Positions 1 through 14,400 of a stretch of DNA of 64,000 bases are shown in pieces. How positions within the stretch are numbered: position 1 is the first letter of the stretch; each line of letters opens with the position of its first letter. The notes beneath the pieces were generated by a model. The model worked only from the letters and a program-made list of their open reading frames with translations, did not search any database and had not been told where the DNA came from. This stretch comes from Balanoglossus misakiensis (Eukaryota; Animalia; Hemichordata): NCBI GenBank assembly GCA_040954595.2, contig CM082587.2, positions 1,827,000 to 1,890,999 of the forward strand, in the 5' to 3' direction. The translations under genes were made by a program, and so were the position numbers.

Positions 1-1363
1 GTCTATTATACAGAAATGGACAATTTTGATCAGGGCATGGTTAATGATGTTGGTGGCACATGATTGCTCTTGTATCTAGGTGGAGATACTGTGTCACACA
101 GAAGGTGGATTGGATTCAATTACTGCATTGTCCTCTCACTGATCAATACACCAAGTAGATTTTAATTATTTATGGTGTTTGTTGTCATTTTGTCAAATAG
201 GAATTAGATTGCAGTATTATTTCGGTTGAAGGGTTTCATTGGAATTTGCCAGTGGGAATGTATTACAGATACAGTGACTTCGATTTGCTCCACTTTTGGT
301 GATGGTAATCAACCATGATCTGTTTAATCTTTCATTGGGAAATAATGAACTCTAAAGAAAATCGTTGAGTCAAATAAAAAATGCAATGTTTCTTTTGAGA
401 CAACCGCCTGTATCCGCGAGGCCAAAGGTCATAAACAACGCCCTCTTCAGAGAACGTAAAAACTGGTTGTGGTAGCATGTGTTTTGAGGTTTATCAGTAG
501 CGCGCTATGGCCTATGCGATCAACTCGATCAGTGTTTCAACCATGCTGTCAAACATAGTCATTCCTAAGTGGTGTTGGGTCAGCAGAAAGCATAAAAAAT
601 TCCCCATATGCTGCCAAGCAGCTGTAAGCGACGACAGTATCTGTTTTCACAATTGCAGACGTTGCAGTTGCATTAATAATAGCGTGGGCACAGATATTGA
701 CTGTCTTCTCTGAATTTTTTATCTTGAATATAAACACTCAGAAATCATTTATTGTGGTGTATCCCCTTTCACACTGTCCCAGAGTTTCAGTCCAAGTAAG
801 GTTTCAACCACAAAATGCACGAACTATTAAAAATAGAAGACTTGCCTCTGGGACAAGGGTATCATTATAAAAAGTTTCCCTGAACACTTGCACCACCATG
901 TTAGTGAAGTCAGCACACAACTTTGAATAGCTGAGTAATCCTCTTGCACAAATCTTGTTGGTTGTATTGTGCGGTCTAACTATCCCTTTAGGGTCTTTGC
1001 CCGCTCTCACTAGACTTCTCCAGTTCTGTACATCTGTCTGTGCGCTGCCATCTCTGTACATTGAGCAACAGATCCCCCAGTCTAATCTCAGACCCCCTCC
1101 GGGAGTCCGGTTACCCCCCTCTCAACTATTCAGATATCTCACTTTTAAGCTTAGACATAAGTGTAACACTCATTTTCCCTTCAGATCCTTCTTTATCAAC
1201 TTCAACCGTGGGTCACTGCCACAGGGGCTTTTGAAATAGAACTCTTGTGCTGACCAAACAGACCCTGTTCTCAGTGACAGTTGGCACAAAACACGGGCAG
1301 ATACTCGACTAATTAACTAGCAGAATACTGGACACTTGAACATGCCTGGGGAGCACAGTTATA

Positions 1364-1541
1364 CAGTAAAACCTGTCTAAACCGAACACCAAAGGGACTG
1401 AAGAAAGTGTTCTAGGTGCAGAGGTGTCTGGTTTATAGAGGTTCTTTTAACATGTAGTTCTATGTGAAAGGGACCAGAAAAGGTGTTCGGTATAGATAGG
1501 TTTCCAGATTAGACAGGGTTTGGTTTAGACAGGTTTTACTG
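1364..1541. mobile_element. Tc1/mariner (pogo/Tigger-like) MITE, 178 bp
   Basis: Perfect 20-bp terminal inverted repeats CAGTAAAACCTGTCTAAACC ... GGTTTAGACAGGTTTTACTG, with TA on both sides (1362-1363, 1542-1543). No coding capacity. Confidence 0.88.
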
Positions 1542-4500
1542 TAATATGTATCAATAATACTTTAAAAATAACCAAAGGTTATTTACTGTCACTTACATGT
1601 TGACCAATAAGTACAACTGTGTATGCTGTACAGTATGAATTGTGGTGAACACCTGCATTTGTATTCAGAGCCAACGTAAATACGAGTATTGTCTAATGTG
1701 AACCCTGTTTATATACATGTATCTTCTCAACCATGACCATGGGCACAACGTGTTAACTGTCTTGTAATAGCCCTGAGCAAATAAACACTATTTCTACTTG
1801 CACCAGTTGAACTGAATCAACACTCTAGTGACCAAGCTCTGAACAGTAACTCCTCATCACTATGCAGAGAACATAAAACAGACAGTCAGTCAACTGCTTC
1901 AAAAACAGTATCCGCAGTACCTTATGCAAACCAAATTTGGCGAGTATATTTCCTGCAGAATTCCAAAATAACAACTCTATATGTATTTTGCGTAAACTGA
2001 TACCCCCTAGTTGAGAATAATGATAGATTTCTTTTTCCCAAAGGAGAGGTCAGTATGAAAGCTGACCCAGAATTCAATTAACTTTTTTTGTCCAGAACAA
2101 TTTTCGTTTCTATTTTGCTCCTCCTAAATATTTATAGCAATGTCTATTTCCGAGTTCTATTTATTTCAAAGTCTGCCTTCCCTTTGATTGATGGGTGTCC
2201 TCAAGTGTATTTGTCGTCTGCTGAAAAGTTATTTCTCGAAGTTCTACTTTCATCTGCCAGTAGAGGTATATTGATTTTGTCATTGAAGTCCCATTCTGCA
2301 ATAAACCTGTGAGTGATATTGTATGAATTATTTCACCAGTGTTCATCCACTGTATGGTTGGATTTACAAGCGTTTTACTCTGTGGAAAACAGCAAAAATC
2401 TGACGCAGATCAAAGTCTCCAAATAAAGTTTCATGTAATGAAGTTTTCAGTGGTGCAAGGATAACCAGAATGCCCCGAAGCAAACTGAGGAAGTATCAAG
2501 GAATGTCAATCTATTTTACTTTTGTACGAGCAACATAGATATCTCCTCATAATGTAAGAAATGATGTGTGCACCCATCATTTGAAGTGTATGCATCATTT
2601 GAATTCTACAGTTTGATTAGGGTACAATATACTTGTAATCTCTTGAAGTAAGCCATGGGGATGCCTTTAGTTGAGTTTGGCTGCCGAAGATTGCTTTTGC
2701 AACAGCAGGAATGTCAAATTGACAGAACGAATTGATGAATACATAATATAACGGGAAGTTCAAATTATTTTAGCGTCTTCTGTAAAGGATTTCTAAGATG
2801 TTGTTTGCCTATGACTATTATACGAGGTAAAATTCTGTGTACCAAACCAACCCAAATTACACTACTGTGGTTTGTCTGATCCAGTCTAATACAGAAGAAA
2901 TTGGCACCATTTGTTACCTTGGCAACCTATTAGGCTTGATCAAATCAATGTATTAAGTGTACATTTTCCCTGACACACTGTCGCATCCTTTTAGAGCATA
3001 CAAGAAACGTCATGGCAACACAGTCCTGTGTCTATAGACACTTCGCTTTCACCTGCTCTGGAAAAATTGATCCGCTGTGATGGGGCAATTACTGTAACAA
3101 GCAGCCAGCAGTGTTTGTGTTAGAGATCAGGGGGTGTTTGTGACAAATACCCTGGCTGTAGTGAGACCTTTGTGATATCTTCTGAAATTGGAATGGCAAT
3201 GGCAGAACTTGTTTTGCATATTGTCTCTGTGTACATCTGCTGTCAGGTGTATCAGACTCTAATGAAGATCGGGGACTGTTTAGCCTCCGGGTTTGCTAGT
3301 GCAAGCATGCCTGTATGAACAATATTAAAGAAGTACAATATGTATGTAGAATTTATAACACATTGTGTAAATGTGAAACATAAAATTTAGACTGCACGTC
3401 TTGTCAATGCCTGGACAAAGTCGGGCATATTTTGTTGATCCGTTTTCCCCAGTGAGAGGTCCCATAAGCTAAAGTCTGAGTGATTCCCAGATCATCCAGT
3501 TGATCCAGTCAATCTGTCTTCCCAGAGGAAAATGAAAAATCCATGGAAACCTGAAGACAAGAACTTCTCTCATCAATTATTCATGGGCTTGTGTGCATTT
3601 AGACAGGCCATTAAAGTTTCTCCAAATTAGCTTCTCGTACCAGATCAGGATTGTTTCATGTCATTGCCTTTACTTGCTGTGGATGAGTGATATATTGAAT
3701 CTTTTGTTTGTTTTTTATCCGATTTAGGAAATTGGTGTTTGTTCTTTGTGTCAAATTTAGGAGATTTTATGAGATTGGGTTTGTGACATAAATTTCCATT
3801 CAAATGAAGAAGAGTAATTTCTGTATGGGGGAATGGATTGATTGATGGTTGGTGTGTTTAACAGAAAGAATAAAATGAATAGAAATGTTGATTTGGAGAT
3901 GGATTTTATTGTCCCAGGAGGTGTACCAGAAATGCACATGATTGGTAATTGTCAACCTATCCCACACCAATCTTGGGCAGACTTGAAATTTTCAACGATA
4001 AATATTGATTTCATAATGTTCAGTGGGTGTTTTGCCAGCTCAGATTTTGTCAGATTCATATGACATTTGCGACGTGATGGATTTGTATATTAGGTGTAAT
4101 TCTTGCCCGAAGTCACAAAGAATAATAATGGTTTTGCGGAGATGATCAATTATTTATAATCAAGTTCCTATTTCCATAACCAGTTTCCACTCCACCTCAA
4201 TCAACCCGGGTGTACATTCATGGGATTATTAATGCTCTTGTTCAGAATTTGCTGAGGGGTGCAAAGCGCTGCTGTCGAGCTCTGGGTTTCCATATTTGTT
4301 CTGATCGATGTGTGAACGTCCATTTTTCGGGAGACAGATTTTCAGAAGTGGCCACATTTCAATCATACTCCCTGGTTGTATTGGTGTTTTTCCCCCAGCT
4401 TGGATGGATTGATGAAAATAAATGAATACATGAACAAACATTGATGTTGATTAATACGCCTGAACGAAAGATTAAGAGAAGATGAAAACATTACTGCTAA

Positions 4501-7500
4501 GAAATGACCTGGGAGAGTAGTAATGTATGTTACATGTGGCTGTCTCAGTGCCAGTTCGACCCTGCATTTCTGAGGTCTGTGTTTTATTTATTGAAAGGGC
4601 AGAAGGATATCATCAGTGCGGATGTTTGGACTTTTAAGGTTTCTGGGATCTGATCTTTTGGTTTTCAACGTAGATTAGAATGTCACTCAGGCAAACTGAA
4701 CCGGGTAGTCAGAATGGATCACCGCAACTAAAGAACAAACCTATCATGGGCAGCTGGTTTTGTCTGGACTTACAAGTTACATGCAGTGCCTGGGAATTGA
4801 GTTCTGTGGATTAATGATGGAGCCACTTGTACCATTTTTGTCCCCTTAGTTTTACTACTTGAAAAATAACGGTGAAAATGTGGAGCACATAGATGTGCTT
4901 GACATTGTGGGCTGCATATAAGTACAAGGTAATGACTGTAATGGCTACCGTACAAGTCCTGGCGAACAGGAAAAAAGTAGGAGAGACTCATATCATTAGT
5001 CCTTCACTCTGCTCGCATTTCTCGACGCTGGTCGACTTTTTAAAGGTGTGAGATAACAAGGCAAGATTGAAAGTTAAGCAGTGAGAGGTGAAGGTGTCCA
5101 AATGGAAAAGACAGGATTGATTAGGAGATATTGCCTGTGGTATTGAAGCATGGACTGCTATGACGCTGATAAAGGGAAGGTATTATTTGATATGTCACTC
5201 TACGCAGCGAAACACAAACACAGACTGATTAGTTGGTGGGCTCCTGGGGGTAGTCGCTTTGTGGCTGATGCGGTTAAAACGAAATTGCTGATTCTGTGAA
5301 ATGGCGGCGGGGTTGTTGATTTCGAAGTAGGATTGGAAAAAAGATATCCCTGCTCAAATTTGTTCATTCTGACACCGCTGTTTTGAAATGGTGTCGATAC
5401 GAGAGCGATAAAACCTGCCTGGGAAATGAATGCCAAAGACGCTGTGAAAATTATCGGTTTTGTCGCGGCATTGACATGTACTCTACATGTACTTGATGTT
5501 GTTGAGGCAGTACATACATGTACTGAAATGTAGATTGCTTGTGCATGTAACACCAGTGCTTGGTCACTGCATGTACGACTACGTACATGTATCATGTGTA
5601 CACTATGGCTGTAATAGGTTTGGTGGAGGAATACAAGTGTAGTACCATACAAACTATTCAAATACAGTTCAAGAAATAACGGTGGTGATGCTGCCTGCAT
5701 GGTTGATTCTGTTTGCTGTTTTGACAGGCATACCCTCTTACCGAGCTGCCAATCATGTCATGGTTGGTTACTGTGCCACAGAGCCATAACCACACGGGCA
5801 TGCAGGTCTAAATTATTACGGCCATTCTGGAGTGATTGTCTGTGTGTACACACATTTTGGGGGGTTATGCTGACACAAGGTGGTTTAAGGCTTGACATTG
5901 GTGACCTTTACACAGAATTTATTAGCTGGTTTCAATGTACAAAATGACAGCTCTTCAGCCAGTTTTATCACCTATGTGTACTATTCTGGCTTTTCAAGCA
6001 TGGCTGAGATCGTATACCCTACTCTGCAGCAGCAGCTGCAGTCATGTACCGGTGTGGTGCATGTCCTGCAAAATCTGCCATAAGACCCCACATAGCAACC
6101 AGGACACACAGCTGCCATTTGCATAGGCTAATTTGTTTCGTGATACAATCCAACGTGGCTGCAAGTAGGCTATTTTGTCTGTTCCTGAGCCACTAGACAA
6201 CTCTAACACTCACGTCTCAATGTACAGTGTTAGATTACTGTGGTAGAGCAGGATTGGTCTGAGAAAACACTACCATCAGCCAGGATGATATGCGATATAT
6301 AGATATTGTGTGCCCTGCAAGGTACTTAATTGCCTTTTAGCATTTCGAGTTTTCATATCGCATCCAAGTAATTGCATATCAAAAACCCCACAGCTTGACA
6401 TAAATCTTGCGGTGTACCATCACGAGAGTGGCGCGGTGTCAGAGTTTGTGGAAGTGTCAGGAAAATGAGATTTGAAATGAAAACTTCCGAAACAAAATGA
6501 CAGGTTGGAAATAAATAGATTAGGTAATCATTTTAGAAAGTGTCAAGTTCTGTTTGTTGGGTGTGTTTGCCCATCTGGAAAGAAAGGTTTTTCCCTTGTC
6601 ATGATTTTCATACCTGTCTGTTTTCTTTGCCCAATAAAAATAGCTCATTACCATTTTGTAAATTGTACATTTTAGATATTTAGTAACTGAGACAGTTGAG
6701 TATGTTAGTCTTAAACCTTCAATGCAAGTACGTATACACATCTATCCAGGGTTGCCAAAAAACAATGTTGACAGGCCAGTCGAAAGGGGGTATTGCTTGC
6801 CACAATGTATTTGATGCTGCTGACTAGCAGGGACTGACTTTTAATCGAACTCTGAAATGTCAGGACTGAATTTTCATTGCGTGATGAAAATCTACGTCCC
6901 ACTAAGCGACAGACAATTCCCAGGGCTTGTAACCTTTGACCTCCATTATAAGCTGTAATTGTTTCCGGCAAGGATTCAGTAATGCAAGTAAAGACAGACA
7001 GAAAGGGCCAATAAATGGTGTAGTCTGTGTGTGTTGTGTGGGCGCGAGGCTGGCGGTGAATGTTGTATGCATTGCAATGATGTATTACATGTTGAACTCA
7101 TCATGGGGGTCTGCAGTGTGCTTTGGCCAATACGTGTCCTCAATATGTTGGTCAGCTTAGATTGCCAAACTTTTTGGTCCAGTACTGACCCTGTATGACG
7201 ATACATTAGGTTGTCTACCTGTCCCACATTTCTGAATACAGGTCTGTACTTATGTGGGAGTAAAACACTACACTCCATCTTCAGTAGCTGAAGATGGCAC
7301 CCTGGGTAATTCTATCTTTGTCCTCAAACAGCAGTTGAAGAGAATTGCCTTCAGTTTAACCCTCTCACAATCAACCCCATATTGGGTTGACTCGTAAATT
7401 GGACGGCATGGGTGAATCCATATGTGGTAGAATTGGGGTTGAAACGATTAAATCCTGATATCAAATGCTTGTACTTTTGTCAGACAGAGACAAACAGCAC

Positions 7501-8449
7501 GTGTTTGGTCATAATCGTAACAATGCACTGCCTTGTCCAGTAATAACACTTCAGATTCAGAAAGACCAACAATGTGGGCACTGTTTCTTTATCAGTGGAG
7601 AAAACAGTCCAGTTGTAATACTGAAGTAGAATTCTGTGATTTATTACACAATACTAATCGCTGGACTAACTTTAGCGTCCATAATGTCGGTATAACGATG
7701 ACAAATTGGCATTATTGTAATTTATTGGTAGTATTAGAGGCTTAGGCTTTATCATGGGGCCCTGTGTGTATGTGTACTCTGCAGTTGGAGTTTTTCTTTC
7801 AAACTACAGAATAAGGAAGTAAGATGGTGGCAGCATATATGATTTGTCCAAAGTGGGAGTTGAACTTTTCATTCAATCACGCAGTCACACCAGTGTACAT
7901 TCTCCCAGTCCTTCAACCATTTCCCCGTAATCCCTGACCTCAGTATAAAAAAAATCTCTGCTGGATGTGCCACTTTCAAGCCAGGTAATTGCGTGTGGCA
8001 TCACCATGGCAACCCTGCTAAACCTAGACTTTGTCTTGACTGTCGGCATCTGAGCGCCGTTCGTTAATAGTCACCGCACCTGAACAGCTGACCTCTGAAG
8101 TTAATGCCAAGCCTGTCATGAAAAGATATGGTCAAGAAATCCCCTTAATTCCCTTCCTTTCTTTTCCCTAAGTGAAAGAAACCAGTAATCCCCGTAAAAG
8201 CTGAACTCTTTGAAGAACAACACAAGCATGTATAGATCTGCTTACGGTGTGTCAGCTAAGCGTCTCAAAGGAATGGCAATGGTTATCTGTTAATTAGAAT
8301 GTGACCACTCTCAGACTCTTCCGTGGGATGCTTGAAGAGTAATTCCTCCCACCTCTGCACCCAGGCAGAGCAAAATCACAGAAACTGATTTACTGAAATA
8401 AAGCATAGAGTTTATGTCTTATGTCTTCTCTTATTTGTTTTGATTACAG

Positions 8450-11400
8450 AGCGAGCCATCGCACAATCCCAAATAGACAGTGTGAACAATGCATGGAAGG
8501 ACCACACCAGTCGCCATCTTGTAACAGACAATGAAGATGAATCGAAAAAGGACGATACTGTCGTAATCTATAACAGAGTTCCAAAAACTGCAAGTACATC
8601 CTTTGTGGGGATCGCATATGACCTGTGTTCAGTAAATAGCTTCAACGTCCTGCATTTAAACACCACCAAGAACAGTCATGTGATGTCGTTAATAGACCAG
8701 GTGAGTCATGCAATTAAATGCAAATTCTGTCTTTCCCCTCCCCACCATTCAAAGAATTCAGAGTTGCAAACTGATGTCCAGTTAATGACACCAGATATAA
8801 ATTTCTACTTAAGATGCACTTTCTGTCAGCGGATACAGATGATGATTGGAAAGCTGTAAACCATTTTTCATTTGCTGTCAGTACATCTCCTGAAAGTGAT
8901 CCCGTAGATAAGACCCAAATGATTATTGCAGGAGAAAAATGACCTTTTGTCATGGTCCTGTCCTGCCAAAAAATTAATGTGTGCCGAGAAAAAGATTGGC
9001 ACATATGTTGCAAAACAGATACATGTACATGTCACAGTAAGAATGCACGTAACGCAAAATTAGCAGACAAGATATATGCGTTAATATGCGCGAGAGGATG
9101 GGTGGCGTACTGAAGGATGAATCTGACACCTCAAATAAACACTTTGTATGAGTGTGCGTGTGTGCGTCTGTATCCGAGACAAATTCATCATCTGTGGCGA
9201 GGAAAGCGATGTAGAGGGAGAAAAATCAGCAAAGCAGAAAGCGAAAGCCTTTATTTGTATGAAGCAGGTGGCGATGGAGTCAAATGAGGGATTTGTCGGA
9301 AATGAGAAACATAGGAGAGAAAATATTACAGCGCAAATGACAGGAAAGGAAACCGAAATGACTTCCTTCGGTTGGACTCCGGACCAGGAAGCACCTCAAC
9401 TCAAAGTTCATCTCCCCAGTGTACATAGTGGAAAGCGTGCGTCTCTTGATCTTGTGGGGGGTAGAATGCATATTTCAACAATAACAGTGATGAGGGTACA
9501 CATACACATGACTTATTGACAAACAGAAAAAATGGTTCTGTTGAGATATTATGGGAAGGAGAACAAGTGGTTGATACACACAAAAAAAATACTGGAAAAA
9601 TAGCGTCTGTCTTTACATCAACTAGAGTGAGAGACCCAAGGTTTTAAGTTGAACACTTCTAAACGTGTACGAGCAACAGAATCCTGAGAAAATTTATCCT
9701 ATCCCCATTCTGACCAATGATTCATTGCACGGCATTTGGATAATATCATCCAGAGGCTTTCCAATCCCTCTGAGAGCATCTGCGTTCAGGAAAAATGTCA
9801 GAGAGTAGATACCGGATGACAGGGACGTTTACCGGGATCAGGGATTCAGGAAAAAAAATTCAGATCTCGTGACTCACGAAGATCAACCGAGTGATCAATA
9901 TTTCTCGGTCGGTGAAGAGGAAATCTGGCATGGCGATCCCGCATAATCCGCTCATGGCATCTCAGGTCAATACATCACCATGGAAAGAAGATGTCCCTGG
10001 CATTGGCACTATCTGGGGCATTGTTTGGACACAGAGTGACAAATCGATCTATTGGCAGGATTAATCTGTGGCTGGTGTGAATGCTACTGAAGAAAGCCAT
10101 GCACATCCCCTATTGTAATACCATCCCCTCGGTGTGAGCAAATCCTGGTGTTTTAACACCACGAACAATGAACATCAATAAAACATTAACACCTTTCTTG
10201 TCCTGTATAATTGCATCTTATCCACAGGTTGACATAAATTGTGCCTTTTAGTATTCAAGTTCACTGCCTCTTTTGTGTTCATGCCCAATCTGGATTATTT
10301 CTGTTACTAATGCATTTGTGTATGTATTTCCCAATTAACTTGCTTTATCTAAGCCCCCAGAATCAATCATTATATACCGGCCCCCTCCCCACGGTCACAA
10401 CTCAAAACTCGGTTTCGTACTTAAAACCTGTATGTATGGTGAAAGTTGTTTTTCTGTTGACTGTAAACGCCGTTGCACGCAGCGTGTGAGCTGGCTCGCC
10501 TTGTTGCTGTTGATAGGTGTGTGGTTGTTGAAACAGGATATGCACTTACTCTGGTAATGTGAGATTACAGCTGACCATTCTCACACTCGGGCTGATTGCA
10601 GCAGTGCCTTGGAAGCAGGAAAACATGCGCATTTGAGAATTTTGATAAAAATTAAGTACCAATATTAGCATATTTTTCTATAAAAACACACAAGAGAATA
10701 ATGTGAAAGTGGTTAGTTTTGGATAGTTAGAAATAACCATCTTCATGGAGAGCTTCCATAGTTTATTGTGGGTAGAATGTAACTTGTAATGATTATAAAG
10801 ACATTGGCAGGACTATCCAAAGGTATTAGCTGTTCTCGGCTTCAAGTGCTCACTGTACCAGTGGTATTGATAATTGAGTCTTCTTCAGTCACACAATACT
10901 TGCCGAGTTGCCATGGTATTGTTACACGATAAGATGCACACGAACAACCAATTACCACTGAGGAATTGTGTTTCTGGCTCACTGGATTTCAAATGGAAAT
11001 TTATAATTCCATGGCTTCATTGGTGAAATGTGTGTGTACTGGATGTAGTCCTTCAATAGTGCGGTGTGAGTCAGTGTCTCTCAGTTGATGTGTTTGCTGT
11101 GTTGAATCTGCCAATAGCCACTGAAGTCTAAAAGAGTTTGAGATACCGGTATACATAAAATCATTTTGTTCAGAACTTCAAAATACTTCAGCCCAGTTTT
11201 AATACAAAACTGGTTCAGCCAGGCTGGCTTCAGACTGTAAAAAGTTGGTTTCAATCGAAACCTGCAAGAGCTCAGCTTGATTGACAGAGATTGCTAACTA
11301 CTTAGGGATTTCTCTGATCTTCTTTTGCCTGACTGTTGATACCCACAAGCCAAGATTTCGACGGAGAGCCAGATGCGCCATTTGATGTTTTGTGTAGACC

Positions 11401-14400
11401 ATGTACAGGCATGTGAAGATTATTTTTCTCCAGAAAAGACATCAGATTGGTTGGAAGTGATCTTGCTTTGCACATGTGACCAAACACAATGTAGAATGTA
11501 TATATACCGGTAGTCTTTATTGAAATTGTGCCTGAAACATTAGCAGCACGCTTGCTACCAACCAACATTTTACTCTGAAGTCTTGACATACATAGGTGAC
11601 TTGATTCTATTACATGCTAGGGTTACAACTCTGCAAATGTACACCAGTCTGAGTCTAGAAAAAAAAAGCTATAAATATACAAATGTACGTCAGTGAATAA
11701 CAGGCAGTATTCAGAAATATAAAGGCTGATCAATTTGAACAATTTGACATCCTTTGAGTGTAGATATCATACCTGCTTTAGCCGGAATAAAAGATTGTAT
11801 TTCTAGGGGGGTGTAAAGTAACGTAATGTAATTAGCGCTTTGTCACCAGATCTCTTGTTTAGATCAATAAAGCCATTAAGAAAATTGACAGTTCATTAAA
11901 GTCTTACCAAGCAGGGTGTAATGAGATATGCAAACAGACTAGCTGAGTAGATCTGTTAGCAGATGAGGGTGTGATTTGGGGTGGGGAGGGGGGGGGGGAT
12001 GATCGGTGTCGTCCAAGGTTTATCTGTATTTATTGACTTTCTACAAAAGCCATCTGGGGGAATGTGTCCTGAAGATTGAATGTTTTTTAACGAGGTGTCA
12101 TGATCACATACCTGTACCCAAAGTTTAATAAGAGGCAATCATTTCCCAGTGTACACCCAAGATTCCAATATTACACGGCCCCAATCGCTAATTGCGTTTT
12201 TAGACATACTTCCACTCTAATTTGTTACATTTCAATGTAATTTTCTCCGGCATACCTCAGTGACCACTAATCCATTGCAACACATCAAAGCCTATGTATT
12301 AATTTCGCTGGTCGATTCTCTTATCTGCGGCATTAATTTTGAAGGTCGCCCAAAGGTCACCAATTATTTTGCCATCCCTGCCTGCTGGGTTGTCACTCAA
12401 GCATGTGATTGCAATATCTGGTGGCTTCCTCTAGTCGCACCAATCAGTGGCATCTGCAGTAATTACAGGATCTAGCCTGCCTGGCCATGTCAAACTGTTC
12501 CTCATCCCTAATTTGTAAATGGGGTAATTAGACCCGTTTACAACTCTAGAGGGGGCTCTGAGTTGGTCAGAGGTGCTTTGGCTTAGAGGTGTGTATCTCC
12601 CTCCTGGGGAAAATAACGAATCTGAATTTTAATGTAGTCGAGATGAACAGAACCACTCTAGCAAGACGCTCATGATTTTTTTCGAATGCGGTGTTTATGA
12701 CACTGTTGTTATGGAAATAAAGTGAAAGTCTATCCTCGGAATTGTAGCAATTGATGAAAAAAATACTTGTTCCGTAGATTTTATCGCCAAAGCAACTAAG
12801 GCGCTTGGTGAGCGATTTGTTTGGTTTTGGATGAATTTTTTCCATTACAATAGTTTGAAAGAAACATTTCAGTTGTCATTAACGTTGGAATCAACAGTCA
12901 ATCATGTATCCATTAATAAATGGCTTTGTCCTTACAAATTTCTCTTTCCTGTTATATTTTACTGTTTTACTGCCTCAAAAGAAAGAAAACAATGCTCTTT
13001 TGAGTGTACATTTTGACTGACAAGCCAATTAAAAGGCTACTGTTAATTACCAGGGCTGTTACACGCAATTAAGACAGTAACCAGGCCTTAATTAGTGGCA
13101 AATCTATTTGCAGAGCTGCTTAAAAACGTGTTACAGCTGGCTGTGTCGGCAGTCGTCGTGTTTGGTCTGCACACGCCATTTATTCATTTGGGAGTCCATT
13201 GTTTCTTATCCACTTGTGAGTTGTATGTAGGCACGCACAATCAATATTGCAGATCACGTCAATACCTCCAGATGTGCTGGTTGGTTAAAAAAAGACGTGA
13301 TTGGTTTGATTGACAAGCAGGCAAATATGTGCGAACATGAGACAGACACCAAAGCAAATTAAAAGGTGGCAAAATGTGAACTGTTCAACTCAAGCCCTTG
13401 AAGTCTACATTTCAATACACAGGGAAAAGCTTGAGAACCACTTGTGCCTGTGACTCATGGGCGCAATGCGCACCTCCACCAATTCAGTGATGATGTCATC
13501 ACATTGCCAAGACTACAAGATAGCAACGACAGTAGTGAACAAGCACATGCTAGAGAATACAATTTTGTCTCTCATATTTTGGCATTTTTGTGAAAGTGTT
13601 GGCTGAGTGAAGTTGAAAGTGGAGGCATTATAAGTAATGGCATACATTCATTTGCAGCTAATTTTAAACTACGCCCCATGGTTGTAGTGGTTGAGAGTAT
13701 CAATAGTGTTGTTCACATACTATACGCAAAGCATCATGGACCTGTCCATTGCTAGAATTTCAGTCTGTGCTCCTCTCCCATTTCATTGCAAACTGATGCT
13801 GCTGTGTAAGATCTCGTGTCAGTGAAATATTTGCTAAAGCACTCTAACTGGATGTCAATGCATGTTTGCAACTGTTCTTTCAAGGATGGCTGAGTTAATG
13901 GACGCCCGTATGAATATTTGATGAAATTCGCCAGAAAGGATGTTTTCTCTGTGGACTGTGGAACATTTTCACACTCTCTTTCTGTACAGAATGATAGGGA
14001 ATGCTCAATATCTGCGGCATTGAGTGGCAATTCATATCGCAGATTACACCCAACCCGTGTTTTCACAGCAGAGTGTGTGCAACAAAATGAAAATGGATGG
14101 AGATGAGGTGGCAATTTTGACAGTCGTCATGGTACATTTGTGGCCCAAGTAGAAATATTGAGCTTTTGCATTGCCGTACTCTTATTTGGTCAGAGAGATG
14201 CCACTATAGCCTACATCAGTGTGGGTGTCACTACGATACACTCTGTAGTTTGATCCAAAAGCATAATTTTGATTTTCGCAAGGTTTGTGGTTGGTGAAAA
14301 TGACTATAAACCAATCTTCTAGGAGGCGTACATGTATATGCCAAAATCAGCCTTGGAGACGTCTCCTCCTTTTAATATTGGATGAGGATTTTCGGGGGAA

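Noticed and set aside
5200-5700. 166-aa minus-strand ORF
   Set aside because: No domain; overlaps the TACATGTA-rich low-complexity patch.
7356-7451. Possible TTAA-flanked piggyBac/Kolobok-like MITE relic
   Set aside because: The termini are too degenerate to establish TIRs.
9148-9519. 123-aa purine-rich ORF in the HS2ST1 intron
   Set aside because: No recognisable domain and no convincing splice sites.
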